DNA of 51,492 nucleotides, counting the filler. It is 3 parts of 3 records of this genome, joined end to end, with 100 filler letters (N's around TTAATTAATTAA, not from the genome) between each part and the next. Parts side by side here need not be neighbours in the genome. Positions count along the whole stretch, not along the records: positions 1 to 23,878 come from DRR378314_2779; positions 23,979 to 32,547 come from DRR378314_2800; 1 more part is not named here. The stretch is one strand, 5' to 3'. The notes under the pieces are model-generated. The model was not told the origin of the DNA. It made no database searches and saw nothing but the letters and a program-made list of their open reading frames with translations. Position numbers and translations under genes: made by a program. Positions 22,201-32,547 of this stretch are shown piece by piece. Each line of letters opens with the position of its first letter. Positions within the stretch are counted from its first letter, which is position 1.

Positions 22201-23592
22201 ATGTCGTTGATGGACAAGCTGAAAGATGTTCGTCGGAGGTATGTTGGGGAATGAGGTATCGGGAACGTCTTCATCGTCTGCAATGTGCGAATCTGAAGCG
22301 CAGCACTCCTGTGACGGAAAACGTCACTCTTGTTTGTCTGGAAATTGTGTACCTGGTCACACTGTGCATAAAGCAATCGGTTGCTGCGGATTCAGGGAGC
22401 GCGCGGAAGAGCGATGAGAAGCTTCCGCTCACTTGCATCCGGTTACTCCCGACGGTTTTGCTGGAGAGATACAGTGAATCCCGAGTATTTGTCTTCTGTA
22501 TTCCTTTCGTTACAAGCGCTCTTCAGTACTTTGCAAGACGTAAATCATTCCGAGGTATTGAATTACCTCTTCGCGCGGTCTTCTTTCCGGGTATTCAGAG
22601 CGAAGCAAGCTTTCTACGAGCGAAGTGGAAAGGCGGAAAAGACGGAAGACCCAGAGTTCACTGCTTTGGAAGAGCAGTTGCGAGTGCTCGAAGACAACGC
22701 AAGTACGTCATTCCGAGTTTTCATTGGAATAAATTGACATTGTTGACATTGCTGATCAATATGTCCAACTATCAATATTTACGTAGAGCGCCATACTGCG
22801 TATCTTCGGGGGGATTGTTTTCATGAGTTGGAACGTCGAGGGTCGCCTGTGCCGCATCGTATTCCTTGGTATTTTCGTTCGCGCAGCTTCTCAAGGCAAA
22901 ACGATTCTAATAGAGAGGGTATGCTTGTGTAGCTCATAGTATTTTTAGGACGAATATCAAGATTGCACGAGAAGATGATGCGCGTATAGAGCCAAGGTCA
23001 TCTCACTTTGGTTATTTTTGCATCTGTTCATCCTCCGATGATGTCCTTCCGATCGCGTTTGTGTAGGCGCTTTCTACAAGCACGCGCGTGCTTTCCACGA
23101 CGGCATGACCGCCATGACATCGTCCAGTGTCATGATGGCGGAGAGCTTAACTGCCATCTTCGATAATCCCACATATTCCGAGCGCGGAGCAGTGATGCGA
23201 TACAAGGTAACTCTTTTCCTGATTGCTGATGAACCAGCATCTTTGTCGTTGATCAGCTCGGTCGTCCATCGTATTGCAGTGTTATCTGCGACCGCTTTGT
23301 CATCGGTATTTTTTCGCCCGTCGTTCTCTCTGTTCATCGCAAATGCTCGAAAGCGGTCTCGTGCTGCGCGAAAGTGCCACCTCGATCAGCTGAAATGTTT
23401 ACACTACGCGTGTCGCGCCTTGTCCGCTGCTGCTGTTTGCCGCATGCCGGAATCTTTAGGACCTCTGCGAGAATCTAATTTCCAATACGTACGCCAAGGA
23501 GATGTCATCCAATTTTACGGCGGCAGTTCTTCATCCTCTGGCAGAGTATCTGAACCTGTTCAAGCCCATCCACGAGAAGATCAAGAGAAGAA
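22201..23592 (+). CDS. N-BAR domain protein (amphiphysin/Rvs167/endophilin-like), truncated at contig end. Exons 22201-22238, 22599-22702, 23067-23206, 23460-23592
   Basis: Spliced MSLMDKLKDVRRRAKQAFYERSGKAEKTEDPEFTALEEQL...AMTSSSVMMAESL...VLHPLAEYLNLFKPIHEKIKRR shows the BAR hallmarks RAKQ..GKAEKTEDxEF and VLxPLxxY...IKKR. Phases are compatible. Confidence 0.8.
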
Positions 23593-23734
23593 GTACGTGC
23601 TTGCCGCAGAGCATTGCGCGGCCAAGATTGGAGACGGGGCGTGAGGCCGACTGCGGCTGTACGAGAGAGAGTAAGAGAGACTACGACTGGGACGGAGAGA
23701 CGGAGGCAGAGACCGTTAGTTTGCGACCACGAAC

Positions 23735-23878
23735 GAGACAGAGTCAGAGAGTCTGAGTCTGAGTCTGAGTTTGAGTCTGAGTCTGAGTCTGAGTCTGTGT
23801 GGTAGTCAGAGATCGGGACAGAGACTGGGACAGAGACAGATACTGAGGCTGAGACTGAGACTGAGACTGAGACTGAGA
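23735..23878. repeat. Hexamer microsatellite (GAGTCT)n / (GAGACT)n inside the BAR gene intron, at the contig end
   Basis: Direct reading; likely cause of the assembly break. Confidence 0.9.
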
Positions 23879-23978
23879 NNNNNNNNNNNNNNNNNNNNNN
23901 NNNNNNNNNNNNNNNNNNNNNNTTAATTAATTAANNNNNNNNNNNNNNNNNNNNNNNNNNNNNNNNNNNNNNNNNNNN
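23879..23978. other. Artificial contig spacer (44N-TTAATTAATTAA-44N)
   Basis: N runs around a linker with stops in all six frames; taxonomy changes across it. Confidence 0.98.
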
Positions 23979-24973
23979 CAGTACCAGGGCATCGCGAACA
24001 TCGGGTTGCTGTCGCTGCCGACGCCGTTGAACACCGCGCTCATCGCCACCATGCCCAGCAGCACGCCCAGCATGATGCGCCAGGAGGCGATCTTGGTGAA
24101 CAGCAGGAAGATCGCGCCCAGGCCGATGGCGATCACCGAGGTCTCGCCGATACAACCCTGGATACCGCCCAGGAAGGTGTCCATCCAGGCCAGGCTCTGG
24201 GTGGCGCCGTTGGCGCCGGCGGCCAGGGCGTTCTCGCCCAGGCCGGCGGCGAAGTTCAGGTCGCCGCTGGCGGCCAGGGACAACGGCGTCGCGCCGGAGA
24301 AGTTGTCCACCGCGGTCCACACCGCGTCACCGGACATCTGTGCCGGGTAGGCGAAATACAGGAAGGCACGGCCCACCAGCGCCGGGTTGAGGAAGTTCTT
24401 GCCGGTGCCGCCGAACACTTCCTTGCCGATCACCACGCCGAAGGACACGCCCAGCACCACCTGCCAGAGCGGAATCGCCGGCGGCAGAATCAGAGTGAAC
24501 AGGATACCGGTGACGAAGAAGCCCTCGTTCACCTCATGGCCACGCTTCCACGCGAACAGGGCTTCCCAGAAGAAGCCGGTGAGGTAGACGGTGGCCAGAA
24601 TCGGCACATAGTAGACCAGGCCGTGCAGCATATTGGCCCAGAAGCTCTGGTAGTCGAAGCCCGCCAGCATGGCCACCAGGTCGGCGCGCCAGCCGGGGAT
24701 GGCGTCGTAACCGAACTCGGTGATCTGCAGGTTGGCCTGATAACCGGTGTTGTAGAGGCCGAACAGGATCGCCGGGAAGGTGGCGAACCAGACCGTCATC
24801 ATGATCCGCTTCAGGTCGATGCCGTCGCGCACGTGGGCGGCGGACCGGGTCACCGAATCCGGGCTGTACAGCATGGTGTCGAACATCTCGAAGAAGACGT
24901 AGTACTTCTCGAGCTTGCCGCCCTCGTGGAAATGAGGCGCGATTTTGTCGTCGATGTAGTTTCTCAGGCCCAT
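23979..24973 (-). CDS. nqrB: Na+-translocating NADH:quinone oxidoreductase subunit B (3' truncated)
   Basis: HVRDGIDLKRIM, HEVNEGFFVT, GKEVFGGTGKNFLNPAL, FMN-attachment SGAT, GETS. Confidence 0.97.
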
Positions 24974-24974
24974 C

Positions 24975-26321
24975 TCAGCTCTCCACCTCGATCGTGGTCA
25001 GGTTGTCGCGCAGAATCGGCCCGTACTCGTACTTGCCGGGGCACACGTAGGTGCACAGCGCCAGGTCCTCTTCCACTACTTCCAGCGCGCCCAGCGCGAT
25101 GGCGGAATCGGTGTCGCCGACGATCAGCGAGCGCAACAGTTGAGTGGGCAGAATGTCCAGCGGCATCACCTGCTCGTAGGCACCGATCGGTACCATGGCG
25201 CGCTCACTGCCGTTGGTGGTGGTGGTCAGATTGAAGCGCTTGCCGGGCATCAGCTTGGACAGATAAATGTTCATCACCGAGAAGCGGTTGGGCCCCGGTG
25301 AGATATACCCCAGCAACTGCCGCTCGCGGCCTTCGCGCAGCACCGTCACCTGGTTGCTGAAACGGCTCAGGAACATCAGCGGGCCGCGGGCGTGATGGCC
25401 GTTGAACACGGAGCCGCCCACGATGCGATTGTCGCCGTCCTTGAGTTCACCGCGCGTGAAGTCTTCCATGCCGGCACCCACGCGGGTGCGCATCAGACGC
25501 GGCGTTTTTACCTGGGGACCGGTCAGCGCCACTACCCGGTCGGTGCTGATCTTGCCCTCGGTGAACAACTTGCCGATGGCGATCACTTCCTGATAGCCCA
25601 CCGTCCAGACGGTCTTGGCAAGGCTGACAGGGTCAAGATAATGCACATGGGTGCCGGCGTTGCCCGCCGGGTGCTTGCCGGTGAAGGTTTCTTCACGGAT
25701 CTGGCCTTCGGCGAAGGCCGGCAGATCACCGCCCGGCGCGCGGCACACCCAGACCGGGCCGTCAGTGAGGCGGCCCAGCACGGCGAGACCGTGGCGGAAG
25801 CTGCTCTCGTTGGCCTTGATCACCACCGCCGGGTCCTGCGCCAGGGGGTTGGTGTCCATGGCGGTGACGAAAATCGAGTTGGGGGTGGTGCCGGGCGCCG
25901 GCACCTTGCCGAACGGGCGGGTGCGCAGCAGCGTCCACTCGCCGGAATCGATCAGCTGGCGCTGTACCGCCTCGCGGTCCAGGGAGCCCAGGGCGGCGGC
26001 GTCATGGGCGTCGAACTCGACCTCGTCTTCCTGGTCGGCCACCTCGATCACCACGGACTGCAGCACGCGCTTGTGGCCGCGGTTGATCGCCACCACCTTG
26101 CCGGCGGCGGGGGCGGTGTATTTCACGCCATCGGTCTTTTTATCCGTGAAGAGCAGCTGGCCCTTCTTGACCGTGTCGCCTTCGCGGACCTCCATGGTCG
26201 GCTTCATCCCCATGTAGTCGCCGCCGAGCACGGCGACAGAACGGACCTGATGACCCTCCTCAATCGCCTGGCGTGGCGCGCCAGCGATGGGCAGGTCAAG
26301 CCCCTTCTTGATTTTGATCAT
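24975..26321 (-). CDS. nqrA: Na+-translocating NADH:quinone oxidoreductase subunit A
   Basis: [41 protein letters not shown]; directly upstream of nqrB. Confidence 0.97.
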   Translation of the reverse strand: MIKIKKGLDLPIAGAPRQAIEEGHQVRSVAVLGGDYMGMKPTMEVREGDTVKKGQLLFTDKKTDGVKYTAPAAGKVVAINRGHKRVLQSVVIEVADQEDEVEFDAHDAAALGSLDREAVQRQLIDSGEWTLLRTRPFGKVPAPGTTPNSIFVTAMDTNPLAQDPAVVIKANESSFRHGLAVLGRLTDGPVWVCRAPGGDLPAFAEGQIREETFTGKHPAGNAGTHVHYLDPVSLAKTVWTVGYQEVIAIGKLFTEGKISTDRVVALTGPQVKTPRLMRTRVGAGMEDFTRGELKDGDNRIVGGSVFNGHHARGPLMFLSRFSNQVTVLREGRERQLLGYISPGPNRFSVMNIYLSKLMPGKRFNLTTTTNGSERAMVPIGAYEQVMPLDILPTQLLRSLIVGDTDSAIALGALEVVEEDLALCTYVCPGKYEYGPILRDNLTTIEVES

Positions 26322-26408
26322 AGTGTCTCGCCCACGTTGCGTGTTCTGAAGTCAAGCGGTGCTTTCCCCGGATGGCCGCGATGGAGGCGGAGGTGGGAAG
26401 GCGGCGCC

Positions 26409-26414
26409 ATTATA
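26409..26414 (-). promoter_or_regulatory. Probable sigma70 -10 element (TATAAT) of the nqr operon
   Basis: Perfect TATAAT on the minus strand followed by a GC-rich discriminator, about 90 nt upstream of nqrA; -35 is poor. Confidence 0.5.
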
Positions 26415-26462
26415 ATGACCGAGTGGTTCGGATGCCAGGACTGACCGTGTGGCTATTAGTCG

Positions 26463-26489
26463 AAAAAAAGCCCGCGATAGCGGGCTTTT
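26463..26489 (-). terminator. Rho-independent terminator of the GAPDH gene
   Basis: AAAAGCCCGC-TATC-GCGGGC-TTTTTTT on the minus strand, just after the stop. Confidence 0.88.
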
Positions 26490-26503
26490 CTTCAGCTGAC
26501 GGC

Positions 26504-27958
26504 TCAATCCTTGGGGTAAATCGGGTATTCCACCCCGGACAGTTGCTGCAGAAGCCGCACCACCTGGCAGCTGTAGCCGAACTCATTGTCGTACCAGACA
26601 TAGAGCACGCAGTGGCGGCCGTTGACGATGGTCGCCTCGGCGTCCACCACCGACGCGTGCCGCGAACCCACGAAGTCCGTGGACACCGCGTCCGGGCTGC
26701 GGATGAAGTCCAGCTGACGCTGCAGCGGCGAGTGCAGGCTCACCCAGCGCAGGTAGTCGTTGAGCTCATCGAGGGTGGTTTCCTGCTCCAGGGTCAGGTT
26801 GAGAATCGCCATGGAGACGTCCGGGGTCGGCACCCGGATGGAGTTGCCGCTGAGCTTGCCGCCCAGCTCCGGCAGCGCCTTGGCGGCGGCCGTGGCGGCC
26901 CCGGTCTCGGTCAGCACCATGTTCAGCGGCGCGGCGCGGCCCCGGCGCGGACCCTTGTGGAAGTTGTCCAGCAGGTTCTGGTCGTTGGTGTAGGAGTGCA
27001 CCGTTTCCACGTGGCCGTACTCAATGCCGAACTTGTCGCTGAGCGCCTTGAGCGGCGGCACGATGGCGTTGGTGGTGCAGCTCGCCAGGGACAGAATGGT
27101 GTCGCTGTCCTCCACCATGCCGTGGTTGACGCCGGGCACGATGTTCTTGATGTCGCCCTTGCCGGGCGCGGTGAGGATCGCCTTGCTGATGCCCGGGCAC
27201 TTCAGGTGCTGGCCCAGACCCTCGCGGTCGCGCCATTTGCCGGTGTTGTCCACCAGCAGCGCGTCCTTGATGCCGTACTGGGTGTAGTCGATCGCCGACG
27301 GATCATTCGCGTAAATGATCTTGATGTAGTTGCCGTTGGCGATGATCGCGTTGTCGTCCTCGTCCACGGCGATGGTGCCGGCGAACGGGCCGTGCACGGA
27401 ATCGCGGCGCAGCAGGCTGGCGCGCTTCTGCAGGTCGCCCTTGCCGGTCTCGCGCACCACCACGGCCTTCAGGCGCAGGCCGTCGCCGGAGCCGGTCTTT
27501 TCGATCAGCAGGCGGGCCAGCAGGCGGCCGATCCGGCCGAAACCGTACAGCACCACGTCGGTCTGGCCCGGCAGATCAACCTTATCGTTGACCGCCTCGC
27601 CCAGCTCTTCGCGGACGTAGTCCTCGACGGACAGGCCACGGCTGTCCTTCTTGTACTCCACCGCCAGCTTGCCGATGTCCAGGCGGCAGGGGCCCAGATC
27701 CAGCTTGGTCACTTCCTGCAGGATCGGGAAGGAATCGACCACGGAAAGACCGCTCTCGAACAGATCGGAGTCCTCGATCTGCTTCACGAAGCGATGGGTC
27801 TTGAGGATCTGGATCACGGAATTGTTGACCAGGGACCGGCTGTACACGGTGGTGGTCACGTTTTTCTCGCGGTAGAGACGGCCGATCATGGGGATCATGG
27901 CCTCTGCGATTTCTTCGCGGTTTTTCCAGCGTCCGAAGTGGTCTTCCAGTTTGTTCAC
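26504..27958 (-). CDS. gap: Glyceraldehyde-3-phosphate dehydrogenase, long N-terminally extended type (484 aa, GTG start)
   Basis: YGFGRIGR, ASCTTNA catalytic Cys, WYDNEFGYS; purine-rich SD before GTG at 27958. The ORF-track extension to 28312 overlaps tesB. Confidence 0.95.
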   Translation of the reverse strand: MNKLEDHFGRWKNREEIAEAMIPMIGRLYREKNVTTTVYSRSLVNNSVIQILKTHRFVKQIEDSDLFESGLSVVDSFPILQEVTKLDLGPCRLDIGKLAVEYKKDSRGLSVEDYVREELGEAVNDKVDLPGQTDVVLYGFGRIGRLLARLLIEKTGSGDGLRLKAVVVRETGKGDLQKRASLLRRDSVHGPFAGTIAVDEDDNAIIANGNYIKIIYANDPSAIDYTQYGIKDALLVDNTGKWRDREGLGQHLKCPGISKAILTAPGKGDIKNIVPGVNHGMVEDSDTILSLASCTTNAIVPPLKALSDKFGIEYGHVETVHSYTNDQNLLDNFHKGPRRGRAAPLNMVLTETGAATAAAKALPELGGKLSGNSIRVPTPDVSMAILNLTLEQETTLDELNDYLRWVSLHSPLQRQLDFIRSPDAVSTDFVGSRHASVVDAEATIVNGRHCVLYVWYDNEFGYSCQVVRLLQQLSGVEYPIYPKD

Positions 27959-28038
27959 GGCTGCGCCCCTCATCGGTTTGGGTTGGCGGTCATGGGGGCG
28001 CGCATGATAGCGCCAAACCCGCGTATCTTCCAGGGTAC

Positions 28039-28914
28039 TTACACCGGATCTTCGCCCGGCCGCAGGCGCATCAGGCCTTCCTGGGCCACCGACGCCACCA
28101 GAGTACCGTCGCGGCGGTAGATGGCGCCGAAGGTCAGCCCCCGCGCGCCGGCGGCGCCGGGGCTCTCGCAGTGGTAGAGCAGCCAGTCGTCCACCCGCAG
28201 GTCGTCGTAGAACCACATGGCGTGGTCCAGGCTGGCGCACTGCACATTGCTCTGCCAGAACGTCATACCGTGGGGCTGCATGGCGGTGCCCATGAAACCG
28301 AAATCCGAACAATACGTCAGCAACGCCTTGTGGGTCATGCGGTCCGCCTCGATCGGGTCCGGCACCCGGAACCAGAACTGCTTGAGCGGCTCGCGGGACT
28401 CCGGGGCGAACACGTCGCGGGGCGTCACCGGGCGGAACTCCACCGGCCGTTCACGCAGAAAAGCGGCGCGGAACTGCTCGGGAATGCGGTCCGCCACCCG
28501 CAGGCGGGCGCTCTCGTCGCTCTCCAGATCCTCCGGCGCCGGCACATCCGGCATCGGCGTCTGGTGGCGGCTGCCCTCCTCTTCCACCTGGAATGAGGTG
28601 GACAGGCTGAAAATCGGCCGCCCGTGCTGAATCGCATTGACCCGGCGGGTGGTGAAGCTCTTGCCGTCGCGGATCCGGTCCACGTCGTAAACCACCGGCT
28701 GGCGGATATCCCCCGGGCGCAGGAAATAGGCGTGCAGGGAATGCACCGGGCGGTCCTCCGGCACCGTCATGGAGGCGGCCAGCAGCGCCTGGCCGGCCAC
28801 CAGGCCGCCGAAGATGCTGCTCTGCCCGTTGGCCTCGCTGAGCCCCCGGAACAGGTTGTCCTCCAACGGCTCCAGGCGGAACCGCTGCATCAACTCACTG
28901 ACTGAATCCCTCAT
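28039..28914 (-). CDS. tesB: Acyl-CoA thioesterase II
   Basis: IFGGLVAGQAL, VHSLHAYFLRPG, RIRDGKSFTTRRV, ASLDHAMWF, VASVAQEGLMR; start at MRDSV. Confidence 0.95.
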   Translation of the reverse strand: MRDSVSELMQRFRLEPLEDNLFRGLSEANGQSSIFGGLVAGQALLAASMTVPEDRPVHSLHAYFLRPGDIRQPVVYDVDRIRDGKSFTTRRVNAIQHGRPIFSLSTSFQVEEEGSRHQTPMPDVPAPEDLESDESARLRVADRIPEQFRAAFLRERPVEFRPVTPRDVFAPESREPLKQFWFRVPDPIEADRMTHKALLTYCSDFGFMGTAMQPHGMTFWQSNVQCASLDHAMWFYDDLRVDDWLLYHCESPGAAGARGLTFGAIYRRDGTLVASVAQEGLMRLRPGEDPV

Positions 28915-28969
28915 GCTCTCTTTCCCCAGCGCATAAATAAAAACGGCAACGATGTTACCACAGCCACCG

Positions 28970-28992
28970 AGGGAGCGAGCCCCCGCTCCCAC
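28970..28992 (-). repeat. REP-like hairpin GTGGGAGCGGGGGCTCGCTCCCT
   Basis: GTGG tetranucleotide plus imperfect palindrome; same GTGGGAGCG head as the copies at 32507 and 32521. Confidence 0.6.
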
Positions 28993-29010
28993 AGCGGCGG
29001 GCCGGTGGGG

Positions 29011-29016
29011 TACAAT
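29011..29016 (+). promoter_or_regulatory. Probable -10 element (TACAAT) of mfd
   Basis: TACAAT followed by GCGCGCCC discriminator and GGAG SD before ATG 29040. Confidence 0.5.
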
Positions 29017-29039
29017 GCGCGCCCTCTGCTGGAGACGAA

Positions 29040-32000
29040 ATGACGCTGTTACCCGATACCCCTCTGTTCCCGACCGGTCAGGACCACTACAAAGACTGGC
29101 AAGGCCTGTCCGACGGCAGCCTGGCCGCCGTGCTCGCCGAGGTGGCGCGCGCCGCCGACGGCCCCTTGCTGGTGGCCGCGCCGGACAGCAGCCGCGCCCA
29201 GCAGCTCGCGGATGCCCTGGGGTTTTACCTGGCGGGCAACCCGGGCGCCGCCGGCGAGGTGCCGGTGATGCTGTTCCCGGACTGGGAGACCCTGCCCTAC
29301 GACCTGTTCAGCCCGCACCAGGACATCGTCAGCGACCGCATCCGGGTGCTGAACTGGCTGCACGGCGCCACCACCGGCGTGCTGGTGGTGCCGGTGAACA
29401 CCCTGATGCAGCGCATCGCGCCGCCCCTGCACATCAGCGGCAACAGTTTCATGCTGCGGGTGGGCGAAACCTTCGATATGGAAACCACCCGCGCGCGGCT
29501 GGTGGACTGCGGCTACCGGCAGCGCGACAACGTCTACGAACACGGCGAATTCGCGGTGCGCGGCGCCATCATGGACGTCTTCCCGATGGGCTCCGAGCAG
29601 CCGTTCCGGGTCGAGCTGTTCGACCAGGATATCGAGTCCCTGCGCCTGTTCGACCCGGAGTCCCAGCGCTCCACCGGCCAGGTCAGCGAGATCAACCTGC
29701 TGCCCGCCGCCGAGTACCCGCTCAGCGCCGAGGGCATCCGCCGGTTCCGCACCGCCTTCCGCGAAACCTTCGACGTGGACCCGCGCAAGGTGCCGCTCTA
29801 TCAGGACGTCTCCGAGGGCATCGCAACCCCGGGCCTGGAATACTATCTGCCGCTGTTTTTCGACAACCTGGCCACCCTGTTCGATTACCTGCCCGGCAAG
29901 GCGCGGGCGGTGGAGATGGCCGGCTGTGAAGAGGCCGCCCAGCATTTCTGGGACGAGGTCAGCGCCCGCCACGAATCACGCCGCCACGACATCCGCCGGC
30001 CGGTGCTGCCGCCGACCGAACTGTTCCTGCGCCCGGACCAGCTCAACAGCGCCTGGCAGACCCTGCCCCGGGCGCGCCAGAAGGATTCCGACCAGGCGGT
30101 ACGCTTCCACGTGGAGGTGCCGCCCACGGTGTCCGCCGACGCCAAGGCGCGCAACCCGCTGGCGCCGCTGCACACCTTCGCCGACGCCCACCCGGACACC
30201 CGCATTCTGGTGGTGGCGGAAACCGCCGGCCGCCGCGAGGCGCTGCTGGAGATGATGCAGAAGATCGGCATCCAGCCGGTGATGAAGGAAGGCTGGGCGC
30301 ATTTCATCAACGAACCGGACCGCTGGGCGCTCACCCGCGGCGAGCTGGACGCCGGCTTCTACGCCCCCGACCACGAGCTGCTGGTGGTCACCGAAAGCGA
30401 GCTCTACGGCGAGCGGGTGATGCAGCGCCGCCGCCGGCGCACCAGTGAGGAAAGCGGCAACGAGCTGGGCATCCGCACCCTGGGCGAGATCAGCCCCGGC
30501 GCGGCGGTGGTGCACCTGGACCACGGCGTCGGCCGCTACCAGGGCCTGGTGCACATGGAGGTGGACCGCCAGCAACACGAATTCCTGCTGCTGGAGTACG
30601 CCGGCGGCGACAAGCTCTATGTGCCGGTGTCCTCGCTGCATCTGATCAGCCGTTACGGCGGCGCGGACAACCCGCCGCTCAACCGGCTGGGCACCGAGCA
30701 ATGGACCAAGGCGCGCCAGAAGGCGGCGGAGAAGATCCACGACGTGGCCGCCGAGCTGCTCAACACCTACGCCCGCCGGGAAGCCCGCCAGGGGCGCGCC
30801 TTCGCGGTGGAAGCGGAAGACTACGAGCGCTTCGCCGCCGGCTTCCCGTTCGAGGAAACCCCGGACCAGGAAAGCGCCATCCGCGCGGTGCTCAGCGACA
30901 TGCAGCTGGCCAAGCCGATGGACCGGCTGGTGTGCGGCGACGTCGGCTTCGGCAAGACCGAGGTGGCCATGCGCGCCGCCTTCGTGGCGGTGGAAAAAGG
31001 CGCCCAGGTGGCGGTGCTGGTGCCCACCACCCTGCTCGCCCAGCAACACTACGAATCCTTTATCGACCGCTTCGCCGACTGGGCGGTGAACGTGGAAGTG
31101 CTGTCCCGGTTCCGCAACGCCAAGGACCGCGCCGACGTGCTCAAGCGGCTGGAAAGCGGCAAGGTGGACATCATCGTCGGCACCCACCAGCTGCTGCAGG
31201 AATCGGTCCACTTCCACGACCTGGGTCTGATCATCGTCGACGAGGAGCACCGATTCGGCGTGCGCCACAAAGAGCGTCTCAAGGAGATGCGCGCCGAGTG
31301 CGACATTCTCACCCTCACCGCCACGCCGATTCCGCGCACCCTGAACATGGCGATGAGCGGCATGCGCGATATTTCCATTATCGCCACGCCGCCGCAGAAG
31401 CGGCTGTCGGTGAAAACCTTCGTGCAGCAAAAAGACGACACCGCCATCAAGGAAGCGATCCTGCGGGAGTTGCTGCGCGGCGGTCAGGTCTACTATCTGC
31501 ACAACGACATCGACAGCATGCAACGCACCGCCGACGACCTGCGCAAGCTGGTGCCGGACGCCCGCGTCGGCATCGCCCACGGGCAGATGCGCGAACGCGA
31601 GCTGGAAGCGGTGATGAGCGACTTCTACCACCGCCGCTTCAACGTGCTGGTGTGCTCCACCATTATCGAAACCGGCATCGACGTGCCCAGCGCCAACACC
31701 ATCATCATCGAGCGCGCCGACAAACTCGGCCTGGCGCAGCTGCACCAGCTGCGCGGCCGCGTGGGCCGCAGCCACCACCAGGCCTACGCCTACCTGACCA
31801 CCCCCGGGCCGCGCGCCATGACCAAGGACGCGCTCAAGCGTCTGGAAGCCATCGAACAGGCCACCGACCTGGGCGCCGGCTTCGTGCTGGCCAGCCAGGA
31901 TCTGGAAATTCGCGGCGCCGGCGAACTGCTCGGCGAAGAACAGCACGGCAATATGGAGAGCATCGGCTTCTCGCTCTACATGGAGATGCTGGAGCAGGCG

Positions 32001-32498
32001 GTGGAAGCGCTCAAACGCGGCGAGCAACCGGACACCGCCAAACCGCTGTCCGGCGGCCCGGAAGTGAACCTGCGCATTCCGGCGCTGATTCCCGAGGATT
32101 ATCTGCCCGACGTATTCACCCGCCTGACGCTGTACAAGCGCATTGCCGGCAGCAAGAACAAGGATCAGCTCAAGGAGCTGCAGGTGGAAATGATCGACCG
32201 CTTCGGCCTGCTGCCGGAGCCGGTGAAGAACCTGTTCCAGGTCACCGAACTGCGGCAAAGGGCGGAAAAACTGGGCATCACCCGGCTCGACGCCCACGCC
32301 CGCGGCGGCAAACTGGAATTCGCCGAGCGCACCCCGGTGGACCCGCTCACCATCGTCAAACTGGTGCAGTCCGGACCCAACGTCTACAAGCTGGAAGGCG
32401 CCAGCACCCTCCGTTTCGAACTGGAATCCGAAACCGCGCAGGAGCGCATTGAGGTGGTAGGGGAAGTCCTGAACCGCCTGAGCGGCTCAAACGCTTAA
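29040..32498 (+). CDS. mfd: Transcription-repair coupling factor Mfd
   Basis: FPDWETLPYD, VVHLDHGVGRY, DRLVCGDVGFGKTEVA, VDEEHRFGV, QLRGRVGRS, DLEIRGAGELLG. Confidence 0.98.
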   Translation: MTLLPDTPLFPTGQDHYKDWQGLSDGSLAAVLAEVARAADGPLLVAAPDSSRAQQLADALGFYLAGNPGAAGEVPVMLFPDWETLPYDLFSPHQDIVSDRIRVLNWLHGATTGVLVVPVNTLMQRIAPPLHISGNSFMLRVGETFDMETTRARLVDCGYRQRDNVYEHGEFAVRGAIMDVFPMGSEQPFRVELFDQDIESLRLFDPESQRSTGQVSEINLLPAAEYPLSAEGIRRFRTAFRETFDVDPRKVPLYQDVSEGIATPGLEYYLPLFFDNLATLFDYLPGKARAVEMAGCEEAAQHFWDEVSARHESRRHDIRRPVLPPTELFLRPDQLNSAWQTLPRARQKDSDQAVRFHVEVPPTVSADAKARNPLAPLHTFADAHPDTRILVVAETAGRREALLEMMQKIGIQPVMKEGWAHFINEPDRWALTRGELDAGFYAPDHELLVVTESELYGERVMQRRRRRTSEESGNELGIRTLGEISPGAAVVHLDHGVGRYQGLVHMEVDRQQHEFLLLEYAGGDKLYVPVSSLHLISRYGGADNPPLNRLGTEQWTKARQKAAEKIHDVAAELLNTYARREARQGRAFAVEAEDYERFAAGFPFEETPDQESAIRAVLSDMQLAKPMDRLVCGDVGFGKTEVAMRAAFVAVEKGAQVAVLVPTTLLAQQHYESFIDRFADWAVNVEVLSRFRNAKDRADVLKRLESGKVDIIVGTHQLLQESVHFHDLGLIIVDEEHRFGVRHKERLKEMRAECDILTLTATPIPRTLNMAMSGMRDISIIATPPQKRLSVKTFVQQKDDTAIKEAILRELLRGGQVYYLHNDIDSMQRTADDLRKLVPDARVGIAHGQMRERELEAVMSDFYHRRFNVLVCSTIIETGIDVPSANTIIIERADKLGLAQLHQLRGRVGRSHHQAYAYLTTPGPRAMTKDALKRLEAIEQATDLGAGFVLASQDLEIRGAGELLGEEQHGNMESIGFSLYMEMLEQAVEALKRGEQPDTAKPLSGGPEVNLRIPALIPEDYLPDVFTRLTLYKRIAGSKNKDQLKELQVEMIDRFGLLPEPVKNLFQVTELRQRAEKLGITRLDAHARGGKLEFAERTPVDPLTIVKLVQSGPNVYKLEGASTLRFELESETAQERIEVVGEVLNRLSGSNA

Positions 32499-32506
32499 AA
32501 CAACGG

Positions 32507-32547
32507 GTGGGAGCGAACTGGTGGGAGCGGGCCCTGCCCGCGAAAGG
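32507..32547 (+). repeat. REP element(s): partial GTGGGAGCGAACT, then GTGGGAGCGGGCCCTGCCCGCGAA at the contig end
   Basis: GTGG-GA followed by GCGGGC-CCT-GCCCGC hairpin, resembling Pseudomonas-type GTGG REPs; located just downstream of the mfd stop. Confidence 0.7.

Noticed and set aside
23735..23878. Telomere, or SD-repeat (Sdr-like) protein
   Set aside because: Mixed GAGTCT/GAGACT hexamers follow a splice donor inside an unfinished gene; not a telomeric motif and no supported ORF
23879..23978. Eukaryote-bacterium HGT junction
   Set aside because: Synthetic N/TTAATTAATTAA linker
26372..28120. 582-aa plus-strand ORF
   Set aside because: Antisense shadow of GAPDH in high-GC DNA
27959..28312. 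118-aa extra N-terminal extension of GAPDH in the ORF track
   Set aside because: Overlaps tesB in another frame; SD and family-like start point to GTG 27958
29976..32452. 773-aa minus-strand and 583-aa plus-strand ORFs
   Set aside because: Antisense and alternate-frame shadows of mfd
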